Below, one piece after another: positions 39,239 through 53,743 of a stretch of 64,000 nucleotides of DNA. The position numbers were made by a program, and so were the translations under genes. Position 1 is the first letter of the stretch; each line of letters starts with the position of its first letter. A model generated the notes under the pieces. It saw nothing but the letters and a program-made list of their open reading frames with translations, made no database searches and was not told where the DNA came from. This DNA is from Phoronis australis (taxonomy: Eukaryota; Animalia; Phoronida), in contig NMRA01000403.1 of NCBI GenBank assembly GCA_002633005.1, positions 272,309 to 336,308 on the forward strand, written 5' to 3'.

Positions 39239-42200
39239 GATAACCGATGAGAAGGTATCAACTGCCTCTGTAACACACAGTATTTAAAGACAGTGGTTTC
39301 TCCAATTGCCATTTGAGAGACAACTGACATTTTTCTATGATATAAAACTGTATACGTGCTAACAAAGCACTCATGCATTCTAGATATGTGTAATTAACGT
39401 TCGGCTTCAACAGATAACCGGCAAAGATGTCGCCTTGGAACATGTTTATGGAAAGAATTTAGAAAAAGAAATGCATCTACCAAGTCTTTTCACATTTTCA
39501 ATGTTTTTTACAGTAAACCGTGCTACAAAACACAGCAAAACAATATACTTCCTTACTGCTTTTAACTGCGTTGTTTATATGTCTTTCACCCAGCAACCTC
39601 ACCAAATGTGTATTCAAATCAAACCTCAGTCATTGGTTAAAGAGTACATGTACACTGTATACTAGGCACCATCCGTCACGCATCGCTGGATTACTAATCG
39701 TACGGCAAAGACATATATTGTAGTTCGTAGACTCTTGAATTGATTGCCGTTTGAAAATTATTTCCAAGTTTGCTATAAAGTTTCATTTCTGTTAAACAAC
39801 AGTCCTAGACTTCCAAAAAAGATTTTGAAATCAAATTGACCCCAAGGGGACCATCATCATTGAAAAACACGTATCAAAGTAAAATACAATGCCCCTGAAT
39901 TGATGCCGTGCAATACGTCTCAAATGATTACCGATCAATTGTGTTTATAATTTTCCATTTATTAGAAGTATACAAATTAGTTTCGTATCTATCTGCGGTA
40001 CTGGCCATTACGTTGGGTAATAGGGCTGCTATCGCTTTGAATTAAATTGACGCTTAGCGATTCGAGGAAGTAATCGTAAGGCGGGGCGCAGCAATTACGT
40101 GTAAAATTGCCTTCGCTGATTTGAGACATTATCGTTGCTATTTCTGGTAAGAAGAAATATTTATTGCAAATTTTCTTCTATCGGAAGTAGTGCATAATGA
40201 ATCGGCTACCGTTTAGGAAGAGTTGGCTCAATCATACGGGTTCCTGCAAAAACGCTGAGTGTGCAGAGTAAAAAATGTTTTGGTACTTAAATGAGTTATC
40301 GGAGACGCAAATATAGTTTACTATAAATGGATTGTTTTGATCGTGAAAAGTTAAAGTAAAATGGACGCCGACTGTATCATTGTCACTAAAACCTATGAAA
40401 TTGTGTTTTCAGACATATTCTTACAGGTTTGACCCCGGCTTATCATATCATTAGATCATCAAATATAGCAAAATTAATTTTCAATATAACAGAATTTCAT
40501 GTAAATGCATTCATTTGTTTTTTAATAATCTATTCGGTTTTAAAATAGTTGCAAAATCTCAAGTTAATAGCTGACGTCATTACAATATAAATTCACTCCC
40601 ATGTTGTAGTGAGTATATTGTAACTAAGTTCTCAGGTCTAGTAAATTTAGAATGAGATCATTTTCTCGTATTTTAATGCTTCAATGTTAAAACATGTCAA
40701 TCATCAAAACGTGATGTCTTCTTAAAACAGGAAAAAAATAGATGGGAGATATTTACCTGTTCCCGTCAGACAAATCTCAGCGTTTAAATTATGGTACCAA
40801 ACTTTCCGCTTAACGTTTCAAACACAATGACATTTCTCAAGGCTTAATCGTGAGTCAGTTGCCTTTATAAGAAAAATATTCACTTGTATAAATACAAAAT
40901 TCTCTTACCTCTATGGCTTTTCAATCGACTGTGATCTGTGTTTCTTGCCGACAAGCAGCGTTTATAAGCAGCAAACTATTCATGGCATCACGCCCCAGTA
41001 AAAACCCGTGCGAGTGGAACATTAATCGTTTATTTAACAAGCTGCCTGATTGGATGGCTGCCACAATTAAGCTCCGCCCCCATAGAATATCTCCAATTCT
41101 AGCGTATTGTTGAATTAATTGCTTACTCATGTTAATTTCATAAAGTCTTGTGTACGGAGCCTAGAAGATAATAAAATCGGTCTGGAAAATTACTGATTCC
41201 GCGGTTTACGGTAAAGTTCACAACATTCCGAACATTGCAAATCGTTGTTTATTTGCTTAAAATCGAAAATTGACGGCAAAAAGCATTGCAAACTGACTCA
41301 CTGATCAACTATAACTAGACAGGTAAAAAGGTTAAAAACACTTACCGGAATAACAAATTCTCGCGACAGGGATTTATTCTAGGGTAGAAACCGGAAGTTG
41401 TATATTATTTCTCGATAAACTACATGTTGTGAAGTAGATTCCTATTTTATGGTCGTGAGTTGGTTTCTTTGGCGAAACGATGTCCCATTATTTTGATTTG
41501 AATGCGATAGTCACTCCTAACACGTGCCTGTTGAAACTGGGTTAATATTGACGCGGTATAAAACAACCAGTTATATTCATTGTATTAGAATTTTACTTTT
41601 CAAGACTGTATTTGTTGTAATTTATAGCTTCTGAACAAAAGCAAAGAACGTTGGGCAACTTTTTTTCTGTTCTGTGATCATGTGCTCGTGAAAAGTAATA
41701 GGGCCGTGCGCGCTCGCGTGACCTTCCTCAAGCACCACCTCGAACGATGTCATTAGCTATTTACAAGTAATTACGCGCAAACAAAGGCATGATCTGCTAT
41801 TCTAAAACAGTGAGAAACCCAGCAGACGAAACCGTCCTTCGATTATGAATAAATGAGTTCTGGTGAGGTAAAATTGTTCTATGCACAATAATTACTATCA
41901 TTCGCTTGTTAATTGTTCATGTGTTAAGTGTGGGTACAACTGGAATGGTTTTTGGCACTAAACACGGAGAAGTTTTCAAAATAAGAACAGTTTTCAAAAT
42001 AAGAGCGTTCATCATTTAGCGTTTTGGTCAATTTTTGTCCGTTTCCAGGTTTAGCGAGTTTCTAACCAAAACTCAGGGTTAGTCGTAACACGTAATGTAA
42101 TAGGTGTTCAAAATGCTTTCAGAAACTGTTTGAAACTGCGCCCAACAACACGGCAGTAACAACAATTACTTTTGACTTTTGGGACATCATGTGACAAGAG

Positions 42201-45200
42201 ACCATTCATGTTTCGTCCCGTCTCGTCTGCTTAGTCGCTGCGCTCACCGTGACATCTTTGTTGGTTTATCAATGTCCATAATGGCAGACAATAATCATTT
42301 GATTGACAAATTTGCCAAGTGAATTGAAGTCTGCGTGAAGGAGACAACACAGTACATCTTTCAGAAAACATTTAGGGAAATTAGGGGCTAACAAGCATTC
42401 AAAACCAGTACACGATTTCGGAACTTATAAAATACTGTAGTTGGAAATGACAATTAAAAAGTTTAACGTTTTTGGCTAATATGCCAGTTGTTAAAGGAAG
42501 GATTTCCATCTTCGTGTACTCACCAAAAAGTCCGACGATTTAAATGTTTTACACGTGAAGATTCGTCCCCCGCCAATCAACTGTCTGCTCACCCGAACCA
42601 GAAATCGTTTAATAAGAAATACGAAAAGAATGTTCAACATTTATGTCGACTAACGATAATTTGATCCTGTCAGACACTAATCCGTTGGTGTGTAATTCAT
42701 ACCCAAAATTTCTGACTTATCGAGCCTCTAGCTTCTATCGCCGACTGAACTGACCAAAGAAATCCAGCCAAGTGTGAAAATGACTGAAATTTGTGAACAT
42801 GGCCAAAGGTAAGGCTATCGATTGTAAGTGGGAAGAACAAAGTACCGTATATGCGCATATTTAGTTTCATGCGTCTATTTGTGAAGCTGCGCCTATATCT
42901 GCAATGAGGCGCATATGCCTGTGAGTGAAGCGCTGAAATAACACAGGATTTTTTGAATCAGTGCAAATGGAACCTGATATACACGGTACATACAGCAATA
43001 AGGTGACGTATATTCAAAATGTAACTTAGCACACGTATGAAAATTTCTACGAACGGGCAAACATGGCTACACACGTCGATACTGTGCACCAAGAGATAAG
43101 TGCCTGCGACTTTATGGAAAGCCTGAGCACATGTGTGGAATACTTTAGTAAAAAAATCTGTGAAAAAACGCTTTGCTTCGGATATAAGCGCGTAAGAATA
43201 AAGACATGTATTTGAGGTGAGGAGGTAGAGGTCTGATGTGCGGACGCAGGGCTGCCACGGTGCAAAGGGGGGGGGGGTTATGGTCGAAAGAATACCGGTC
43301 GGTAATTTGAATGAAATTGTTGTGTTGAAGATGACGACGACCCTCTTGGATCGTTGACAAGCTTCCTATTTGAAACGGTATAAAAAGATGAATTGGAGTC
43401 TTCAGGGTACGGTATAGAATTTTTATATGCTTGCATTTAGCTAGAACAGTGGAGCAGTCGCTTTCAGCTGCCAAACACTTGAGAGTTATTGCGATCATAA
43501 ACGAACGGTTCCTAATCTGTTCAACTAAGAAAGTTGTCAACATCAGGTTACGAGAAACATTTACATAATCATTTCTCACATCGACGCTCTCTTTTGTTAG
43601 AGGTGTGAAATGGTATTCAGCGTTTGCACAAATAACTCGCCAGCCGCAACGTTCTTGTGTAAATTAATTTTCGAGGACATTGCTATAACGCTCAGTGTAC
43701 CATATAGTCGCGTTGTTGTACGGCTTAAGCAAGCTTTGTACGTGGGTAGGCAACCGTTAAATAGTCGCTGAGATATTGTTACTGGACTTAAGTCTGGTGT
43801 TACGAGGAAAGTCTTGTCCACGGAGGTGTTCACATGAATTAATACAGGGATTTAGAACATTGCATGCCGAGCAGATGAAAGATATTTTGTCAGCAATTAC
43901 AAGAAAAACAAACAGCAAGAAACTTCTTTTCTTTTTTAACTGTTTATTTCCTTTGAAATTCAATTCATTAAATAATACTCGTGCCTGTGTGGAATTCCAA
44001 AACATTATACGCACGCTGGTTTCGTTGTACATGTAGGTATGGCTTTTGTACTAACGTACAGCTTGCTGTAACAAGGATAGCGGGCTTTCAGAGAAACTAT
44101 AAAAACGAATGTTTTTTTCTGTCCAACTTTTATGTGGCATCAGCGAAGAATGGCATTCTTTTCAGAGTATAACCTTCTACTGTTGTGCGTGATCGCGGCC
44201 GGCGCCAACGTATTTGATACAGCCTTGAGACAACGCTCTCTTACGTACCACACATCTCACTTTCTCTAGACATCACCACATTAGTGCCCGGATGTTAAAG
44301 CGGTCATGAACCTGCGTTCCGGGGGTCCATGAAACAAATTTTTGATCTAGACCGCTTACCGCTGTAAAATTTGACTCATGTTTTGCTCATTTAGATAAGA
44401 AATGACTCCTGGAAACTGGTAGTGCGGTCTCTGGTATGACCAAACTAACACACCGTGGCACATCAACTTGTAGAGCCCGATCTCAAACAGTAATCACCTT
44501 TAGACTATTTCGAAGCCCTAAAACTATCTCCAATTTGCCTTAAAAGCAATTTGTGATCAATTCCATAACCGTATGACGTCAACATCAAAAAAGGTTTTTG
44601 GGTGATAGAATGCGGAGTTAATCTTTAGCCAAATTTGTGACATAAGAGTAGAAAAATATATTTTTTATTAAATTATATTATTGAAATTTAAACGGAAAAT
44701 ACATGTACCACAAAGTCCATGCACTGTACATTCACAAATTATTCTTTCAAACTTAGGTGATTTGATCTTGACTTTGTTAGAAACTAATACTTTGTTAGTC
44801 CGTCTACGGACTTTTGTCCTGAATAAATAAATAATAACCAGTGACAGGACAACTGTATACAAATTTAAGCCTTGAAAAGCCAGTCCTTGCTTCCAATCAA
44901 TTCCAACCTGATTATTTTCTAAATTTCTGTATTTGTATCGAGGCCGATTTGTATTGGTTGTCAAAAATCTGCCATGCCAGCGATTTAGCCCAGTCAAGCG
45001 GAATCTGATCATTCAATTACAGACGGAGATCTGGGTGTTGTTTTTTGTCGCTCTTTATTCCTATATAGATCAAAACGAGGTGCAGACCCCGAGTCAAATT
45101 CTTTGAATATCGAGTTACAGGATTGCTTCATCTGTATGGAACGATCAGGTTATTTTAATATCCAATTTGTCCGCCGTATTACACATCTCCTGCACACAGA

Positions 45201-45279
45201 CGTATTGTATTACCTTTAACCGCTCACTTTGTACGCGTAAAGTATTGTAGAGAGCTGTTTCTTGTTGGTATAGGAAAAG

Positions 45280-45440
45280 GAAATGGGGCGGGGGAGCTGG
45301 AGAGTGGAGGGGGGGCATAACGAGAAAATAGAGGGAGACGCAAAGAGGAAGGGGAGAGAAAGAGGTGAGAGAGAGGGGGATCTGGAGGGTGAGGGAGTGG
45401 TGGAGGGAGAGCCGGGGACAGAGAGGGAGTCGTAGGAGAG
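45280..45440 (+). repeat. Polypurine (GA-rich) low-complexity tract
   Basis: About 160 nt that are almost entirely G/A. Confidence 0.8.
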
Positions 45441-45464
45441 ATGTACCCTCTAAATAAGCGGCAA

Positions 45465-45775
45465 TGGTAGTCCCAACCTTGACCTCGTTCTCAACGAATT
45501 CCTCCTAAGCAGCGTTAGTAAATTTTTATGTACCGTTTATCAATATTGTTGCATCTGATTTCCATACATGAATCTGTACATATTTTTATTTTTATACTTT
45601 TGTAATAGCATATCTAAATATTGGAATACTTATATTAGATACTACTTAATTTTATATACCTCTATGTATATTAGTTTCATTTATGAATTGTTTACAACTC
45701 GCGGTTTCTGGGTTTTTGTCATTATTTCTTTGTATGTTCTGTGTATTCTTCAATAAATATATATCACTTTAAAAA
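45465..45775 (+). mobile_element. 5'-truncated retroposed (non-LTR) insertion
   Basis: 13-bp TSD aaataagcggcaa (45452-45464 and 45776-45788). AATAAA at 45752 and an A-rich tail. Confidence 0.7.
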
Positions 45776-46019
45776 AAATAAGCGGCAACAACATTGTACA
45801 TAATTTCAATTTTGTTAACAGGTCAAGCAGAAGCGAAATCTTTCATTAAAATAATAAAACACCATAACAATATTTTGCGCCTGTTTGTGGTATTAGTGTC
45901 GGCGTAACTGTTTCGATAAAAATTGAAACGTGTGGATTTTAACAGACCTCTCTCGGATATTTATCAGTTTTTATTACAGTTATTTCACGTGAAACGGTGT
46001 GGATACCGATTTTTTCAGT

Positions 46020-46152
46020 GTTGTCATGACTGTCATCACCATCACCGTCATCATCATCGTTATCATCGTCATTATCGCCATCATCGTTACCATCTTTGTC
46101 ATTGCCACCGTGGCCATCACTATCATCATCATCATCATCATCACCACCACCA
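46020..46152. repeat. Degenerate (CAT)n microsatellite
   Basis: Source of the His-, Ile- and Met-rich spurious ORFs. Confidence 0.9.
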
Positions 46153-46786
46153 ATTTTGTATTCTTTTTCATCAATGTCACACCAAAATGCTATTAGTTAA
46201 CGTTACGTCTGGCGACTGTTCACGATAGGGCTTCCACAAATTAGTGCACTACGTGTCAGAAAAGTCAGAGAAATGTTGTTTTATGACAATTGTAAAGATT
46301 ATGTATGTTTCACATTCTGGACGGTTTGTACTTTGCAGAGATTATTTTAGGAGTGAACCACGCTTCATAGGTGCAGAGGAATACATTGGCATACTGTGAT
46401 GATTAACCCACGCAATAATGCCATGTTAATACTCCACGAAATTTAGAAGACCTACGCCCTCTGGCGGTTGTCATTGATTCCTAACCCCAGCTACGCCCAT
46501 CTTTTCCAATTTGCGCACACCTTTTCGTCACCAATTGCAGTGTGTGCAGCCGCTTCCCCGCTTCTCACTACGTGTGAGCTTAGCGTACTTCGTTGGCTCA
46601 GTGCTTGAATGTTCGGCTGCCACTGCGCAGTTTGTGGGCGTGATTCCACACTTCATTTACCCACCGAGAGGGTCCCTTTTTAAACTGAAAATTGATCTTG
46701 GTTAACACCACTCGGTAGTCACCTGACGTAAATAAAACGAAAACTTTTGATGGAATGAGCAAGACGTGGTGGGACATTGTATAATC

Positions 46787-48435
46787 AACAAGAGCAACGC
46801 GGAGCGTTTAAATGCGCCCACGAATGCACCGCAAACGGCGTGCTTTTAGGGGTGTTTATTTGGAACATAAAATCGCCTACTAGATGTCGCAAAATACGTC
46901 GAATCCATCCAAAAACTGATATGTGTCATCAAAGCTATATAACATATTTTATAAAAATCCGTCAAGGAACTTCTGAGAAACCGAGGAAAACGAAAAAATG
47001 AAATTGCCACAAAGAGGCTGTAGGCGCAAAAAATATAACTGCAACTAAGAGGCGCCAAAGTAGATAAAGTCGTCGGAAAAACATCGTCAGACATCCTCTT
47101 CACATTAGGAACGTACATACCAAACTCCAAAACCATCCTTAGAGTGGTTTGGTTGACAGAGAGCATACGCCAAATATCAAGATTTGAAAACAATAAAAAT
47201 GGCCACTAGGTGGCGCAAAATACCACGAATCAAACCGAAATCCGGAGGATACCGTCAATTCACTAATAGATACACATGTACCTGTCTACCAAATTTTATA
47301 AAAATCCGCTGAGGACTTGAAAGATACAGAGGTAAACGTAAAAAGACTAAAATTGCCACTAGGGGACACGTCGGTAGTCCGATCTGTTCGAAAGTCGCTG
47401 TCCTCTGTTGTCAACTTCATACAAAAACACCAGCAAAATTGAATAAAGATCCTGTGGAGGGTGTAGAGGATTCAGCATCTAGGATTCGCCACAGTTTTCA
47501 AAACCCTCGCAAAATCATCGTCAGTCGCCTTCTTTACAGTAGGAAAATATACGCCAATTTTCAAAATCATACCTAGAGCGGTTTGGTGATAGAAGGGCGG
47601 ACGCCAAAAAACGGACTTGAAAGCAGTAAAAATGGCCACCAGGTGGCGCAAAGTACCACGAATTCGTTCGAAAACGGGAAGATGGTATCATTTCAATAAT
47701 AGATGCCTAACCGCCAAAATTTATGAAAATTCGCTGAGGACCTTCGAAGATACAGAAGTAAGCGTAAAAAACTAATATTGCCACTAGGGGACACACCGGT
47801 AGTCAGAGAGGTCCAAAATTCGTTGTCTGCCATTGTTAGCTTCTTAGAAACACATCTGCCAAATCTCATCAAGATGCTATGAGGGGTTTAGGAGATACAG
47901 CCATGGGCGCAAAGACAACAAAAACCGCCATTAAGAGGCGCCACAGTAGTCGAAGTCGTCGGAAAATCATCTTCAGCTGCTCTCTTCAGAGTACGAACAT
48001 ATTATGCAGCAATTTTCAAAATCATCCCTATAGAGTTGATAGAAGATAGGACGCTAAAAACAGATTCGAAAACAGTAAAAATAGCCACTAGGTGGCTCAA
48101 AGTACCTCGAATCCGTCCGAAAACATGAGGATGTCATCATCTCACTAACAGATGCTTAACTACCAAATTTTATGAAAATCTGTTGAGGACCTCCTAGGAT
48201 ACAGAGGTAGGCCTAAGCGTAAAAACTAAAATTATCACTACGGGGCACACCGGTAGCCGGATCTGTCCAAAAGTTCGCTCATGCCGTCGCATGTATAAAA
48301 GGAACATGTGTGAAAAAGTTCATAAACATACGTCAAAGGGTTTTGGAGATAGAGCTGCGGACGCCGGACGGACGGGCGGCTGGACGGACGGCTGGAAGAG
48401 GATGACGGTATAATGCGTCCACATTTAAATATAAA
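46787..48435 (+). mobile_element. Helentron/HINE-like element with ~440-bp internal tandem repeats and a (GGAC)n microsatellite
   Basis: Repeat landmarks at 47201, 47634 and 48083. ggacggacgg tract at 48359-48395. Homologous to 7245-8140. Confidence 0.7.
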
Positions 48436-51400
48436 CGCCTGAAAACGCTCATCAATGACGATACTAAAGATTTGACGTATATTTGTCTCCTGGATTTGTC
48501 ATTGTCATGGCTGCATCCGGTTGAAACGTAGAAGAAAAGGTAGAGAGCAGCTGTACTTTTAGGTATTGATGAGTTGTTACAAGATAATGACTTATGGTAG
48601 GGGTATTTACGTGTAGTTAATCAATTAATTAACTTGTAGGGCGGTAGCACTGGTAGCGGCGAGTCTCACCTTTGTATGTCAACACTGTGCTTGTGAAATG
48701 TGTATTTATTTTCAGATTTTCTTTGATATGAATATGTATATATGTAATCTTATACGTCAAATAAAATATTTCATAATTATTTTCTTTCCCACTATCGGGT
48801 CGCGAATATACGTTTATGACTTCTTTGTTTTTGAAAGAACACGGTTACCTTTACACGAACAATTCATCTTGTATTGCCATAAGTAGAGAAACTAGACTGC
48901 TGGACGTTTTCACCAATGTACAAGCGTTTACTCACTAAATACGCGGGGAAATTCTTAAAAGCGCTGTGATATCAATACCCTGCTTTATAAATCGACATTT
49001 GTCGATCATGCCGTTGCAAAAGCCATCAGCCTTAGCGAGATTTGCTCGTTTAGCTGTATGAATTCCAATATTCGAAAAACGAAACAATAACCTGATTTTA
49101 ATTACTAAAACGCTATGATCGTAAGATGTTAATTACAAAGCTCTCGAAGCCGACAAGGCGTAAACGAGTCGACGTCAATACAGTACATGTATACCTTACC
49201 TTACACTTCTCAGTTTTGTGTTTATTGCAAAATCACAGCTTATGTAGTTTATCTACTAAAACCGAATTCCCCAACCTGAAGTCAAACACAACACCAGGAA
49301 ACCATCGGTCGGGTGGCCAAGTTTCCATGCGTTCACCCAACGGGAGGGCCTCGGGGAGCTCGAACGATCCCCCATTTGGCGAAGTAGGCAAAAAGGTCTG
49401 AATAAGAGAAACAAGAACTCTGAAAAAAGAAGAAAATGAGACAAGAGTCCTTCGAAGATTGTCGAATACACAATACATAGCTCTGAACGTATCCTGTGAA
49501 TATTAGTGAAAGGTCCACATTCTCAAATGTTCAAGCTCCCCATTTTTAAGCTGGATGCGCGCAGTCTTTTTTAACATAAAACATCGAAATCACTTTGTTC
49601 TCGTGCGCGTATGTTGACGTTCCCATGTAGCTGGATATGAGATAATGGCACGTGTAAGTGAGGCGCATACGGGCAGGTTTAAAGTCATAGACGTCATTAA
49701 ACGTTAGAAAATAAGAATCCCCGTGTCCGCCAAAATTCACACAACTGACAGCATTCCTTTTTTATGGGAAACTGGCAGGAAATAGCACGTGAGATCGTAA
49801 AATAAAAAGTGATAGAAAAATGTGACTTCCATCCCTAAATAGGACATACACTGCGCTAACGCGAACAAGAATGTCAGCTAAAGCTGTATTTTTTCCGGAT
49901 TGGTGAAACCTCCCAAAATTTTGGGTGAAACCAGTGTCTGTCATAGCAAGAAAACTTTTACGACCGATATGTTAACAGTTATTTGGTCTATTTCAAGATT
50001 TTCCTATTTAAACAATCCGTAGAAGAAAAGCGTAGCACAACAGGGCTGGGTTGCATAAAGCTTCAAAATTATCCGCTGGATAAGTTTGACGTCAGGTGCA
50101 TTGTTCAACAATAACAACGTGACGCGTGATTATGCTACGTCATTGTTGCTATACGGCGTATAGCTTTTATGCAAATGGGCCCTGGTTTTGATGTTCTGTA
50201 CTATCTAACATCTCTAAATTTTAAGCGTCGGATTTGGGGATTCCACTAAGGTTCAGTGTAACGATGTTCTAGCTGTGTCTACTGTACATGCATCCCGGTT
50301 CTTACATTTAGATTTTTTAGATTTGAAGCACAACTTTCGTCGCCCCCAAGCGTCATTGTATTGGTGTACTCAATGTAGTGTGAAATATAAAACGCTCATT
50401 TGCCGTGGAAAATCGGAAACAGAATTGTACTTAATCGTCTTCCGACACGCGCGCTTAAAGTGGTGCTTTGCCGACATGACCGCTCACCAAGACTGTACAC
50501 CCTTTCATCATTCAGGTTCGTGTAGTGACACGAACCTGTCCGTTATAGAAGCGCTAACTTGTCCCTAACTTGCTCTTCATTCTTAATAATACATGTCGTT
50601 AGCGTGATCACGAAATCAAAATGTCCTATTATATCCAATCTTTTCTTACGTCACTAAATAATGACATTCGATTAAGATTGCGGAGAAAATCGATCAAGAC
50701 CGAACGTGTAGAGCGGCTCACGTGCAACGCCTAGTTAGATTACCATAGACTATCCATCGGCGGCGATTACATGATAATTAAAGATAAATTAACACGGTCA
50801 TTTACGACAATAAATTTCCTGTCGAGTGTCGAAGTCAGCAAGCCGCAGGAAGACGTATTAATGTTCACATAAGCATGACAGGAGAAAGAATTTCTTTCCG
50901 TATCCTTTCACAAGACAAAGTGTTTAATAACGCTAGATGTCAGTTGTATCGCTTTTGCGTTTGTTTATGTCTCTTTTTATTGCGCCGGGGGGCTCAGGCA
51001 TGTCATCATCAAAATTAAACTCTCACAGAAAGAACAAAGGGATACTAGAATATTTATGTCAGGTAGGACTTCATTTTGCAATATGATCAAGATTTTAACA
51101 GACTGGTAATGCAATGGTAAGCAGTTAAATATCCATACCTTGAAGTTCAATTTGTATGAGACAAATGCCGAAAAAGTGAGACGCGCTACACACGGCTGAC
51201 CACAGTGTCTGACGCAACTCCTCGTACTGTTGCTAACTATTATCAATGAATTATAAATAACACGAGAAAAAAGAAAACAAGTAAAATTGTGTTTTAAGGC
51301 ACACGTAATGTAGTTTTAATGAAAAAAAAAAACATTCGAAAACACGCGACAAAATTTACAGATGATCTGTTGTTGTCGTTATTTCTATTTATCTATTTTA

Positions 51401-52854
51401 TTCTCACCAGACATTAGAGAAAATTATATTTTGGAAAAAAGAGGTTCAAGATATCTTACGGCCCAACCTTGTCGTGATAAAGACGTAGAGAAGAGCTCAA
51501 CAGATGACGATGACGGTGTTGGGGTAACAAGCGCTTAATGACTTGACATGAATCAACAATAGCGTGATTACCGCACTCTTACTGTGAACTGCAAACAGAA
51601 CATCAAATAAACGAAGTTATGAAAGAAACTTACCAATTACACCATTATCCACTTTAAGAAAGTGAGTCCTAGTGCGAAGATGAGCGGAGGGCCTCTTGTG
51701 GCGACATAAACCAATTAATTCTACTATTATCTTCGTCTCCGTCTTTTCGAGCATATGGTGACATGAGGCGCATTTTGATTACGCACGATTACCTCAAAAT
51801 GCGCATTAAATGGGCTTGCAATCATCCGCCCGATGCGTGGCTCACCGTCGAGAAAGAGTCATATTGCTTTTTATTAATATTGTAAATGCTTGCTCATGAT
51901 GACAATATTATTAAGTGGACATGAAGTCTCATCTTTCTGTCAACGTTTTGTTTTAGTGTGTCAGAGTCTTTTTTTTTCCAGCTTGGCAAATCTCATTAAC
52001 CAATTTTGAATTATGGTTATGTTGTCTTGTGTTATCCTTTAAATTTATTGTTGTATATCTTATTAACCCAGTTGTTTTCGAAGTAATCTGGAAAACGTCG
52101 AAATTTCACGGGAGTTTCGACGCATAAAATCACAACTAATTCAATTTCTTTTCGACAAACCCGTTTCAAGTCCGGCTAAATCTCTACCAAACTTCGACAG
52201 GTGTCACTGTATGCACGTTTTCAAAATCGTGCAAACAAGTTCTTTCACAAAAAACAATATGCAAAAATGCGCAATAATGTCACATTAAACTCTTGCTTTA
52301 ACTTCGACAAAAATGTCAAAGGTTCGACTAAACTGCCAAATAGATATTAAAAAAACGAAAATCTATTTTTATAACAACTATATCTTTGTCTTGTCTTGTT
52401 CAGTTTTTTTATCACAGCACAGCGTGTATTTTTGGAGTGGGGCAACGTTTTGGCACTTCTGTATCCCATTCAAGTGAAATGGTCGTCCACATCTGATACA
52501 GTAGTGGACATTAAAATTCAATGGCCTAGAGACGGCTAAGAATTGAAATTAGATTTCTCCTAAAGCATTGGGCTGCTCTCATTTTGTGCAATGTTAGAAT
52601 AATTGATGTGAAATCCTAAACGTATATTGATAAGAATCCTGGATTCGGTCGTGAGTGTTAGAAATGGCTCCAAATGATTGACACTTTGTTTGGAGCCTTC
52701 AGTTCGACAGTGATGGGCAACGAACGAGTACACAGCGAGATAAGACAGTTAACGGCGGCTTTAACTCGGTGAAAATGTTCACTAGAGTTTAACCCATTTA
52801 GACACTTTATTCTGAAGGTGTGTTGCAATCACTTTTTACTAACGACCTACAACG

Positions 52855-53090
52855 CAGTGGCAGATCTACGATTTCAGTAAGGGGGGGTTTAGGATTCGAA
52901 AGAATCCGAGGCGTGTAGCGCCGAGGAGAAGGAAGGTCGCGAGAGGGTTTCCCTCCTCCCGTGTAAGATTTTTTGGGATTTTTAGAAATTAATTTAGTTT
53001 TTCTGGCGATTTTTTTCCAGTTTTTATTTTTGATCCTGTCCCGAGGGGGGGGGTTTAAACCCCCTGAACCCCCCTGTAGATCCGCCTCTG
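52855..53090. mobile_element. hAT-like MITE with 5-bp TSD
   Basis: TIRs CAGTGGCAGATCTAC and GTAGATCCGCCTCTG. TSD caacg on both sides. Confidence 0.75.
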
Positions 53091-53743
53091 CAACGTGAAG
53101 TGCGTGTAAATTATAAAGAAAGCTGCAAAGCTTAATTCAACTCGTCCGTCCCACACCTTTTCATACACAACACAACGACGAGAATTGAGCTCTGGTAACC
53201 TCAAGCAGGGCTCGGGCCTCGGTCAGATTTAACGACGTGAGGTTGATCGCAAACTTCCCGGCATTCCTGATTCGGTCTCAATTTTTTCTGATCTTTTTGT
53301 TGCCTTGGCGAATACACTTTTTTGTTTTGAGTTGATTAGTCAGTGAGAGTACTTCATGTAGTCTGTGTTTCAAGTTAAAAGTAAATACAAATGGCCGTTT
53401 AATAATATCGTTTATTAACTTAATCTCCGAATTTTCAAATGATGGAAATAAAACAGTCATTGTTGTGGAGTCATCCAGGGCCCGGTCTCCAATCTTTTTA
53501 CTCGAAATGGAACTCGAAATTAGGTTTGGCATTTTGTACTCTACTTTTGGGCGAACTCAAGATAAGTGTCTATTATTCTATGCTCGAGTACACAATAACT
53601 TACGTGGATAATTTATTGCCCTTAGTTCNATCTGGGGCCCCCCCCCCCCCCCCCTCCGCGTCCCAGTGGCTTACTCGATATGCCCGCGTTGCTGTTATGT
53701 GTTCCATTTTTGCTTGCGTCAGGCAAGAGGGGGGCCATGGGCT

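Noticed and set aside
45923-46228. His-rich, Met-rich and Ile-rich ORFs
   Set aside because: Translations of a (CAT)n microsatellite.
37444-50095. Multiple TGACGTCA (CRE) palindromes around BarH
   Set aside because: Scattered short motifs. Enrichment cannot be shown without statistics or conservation.
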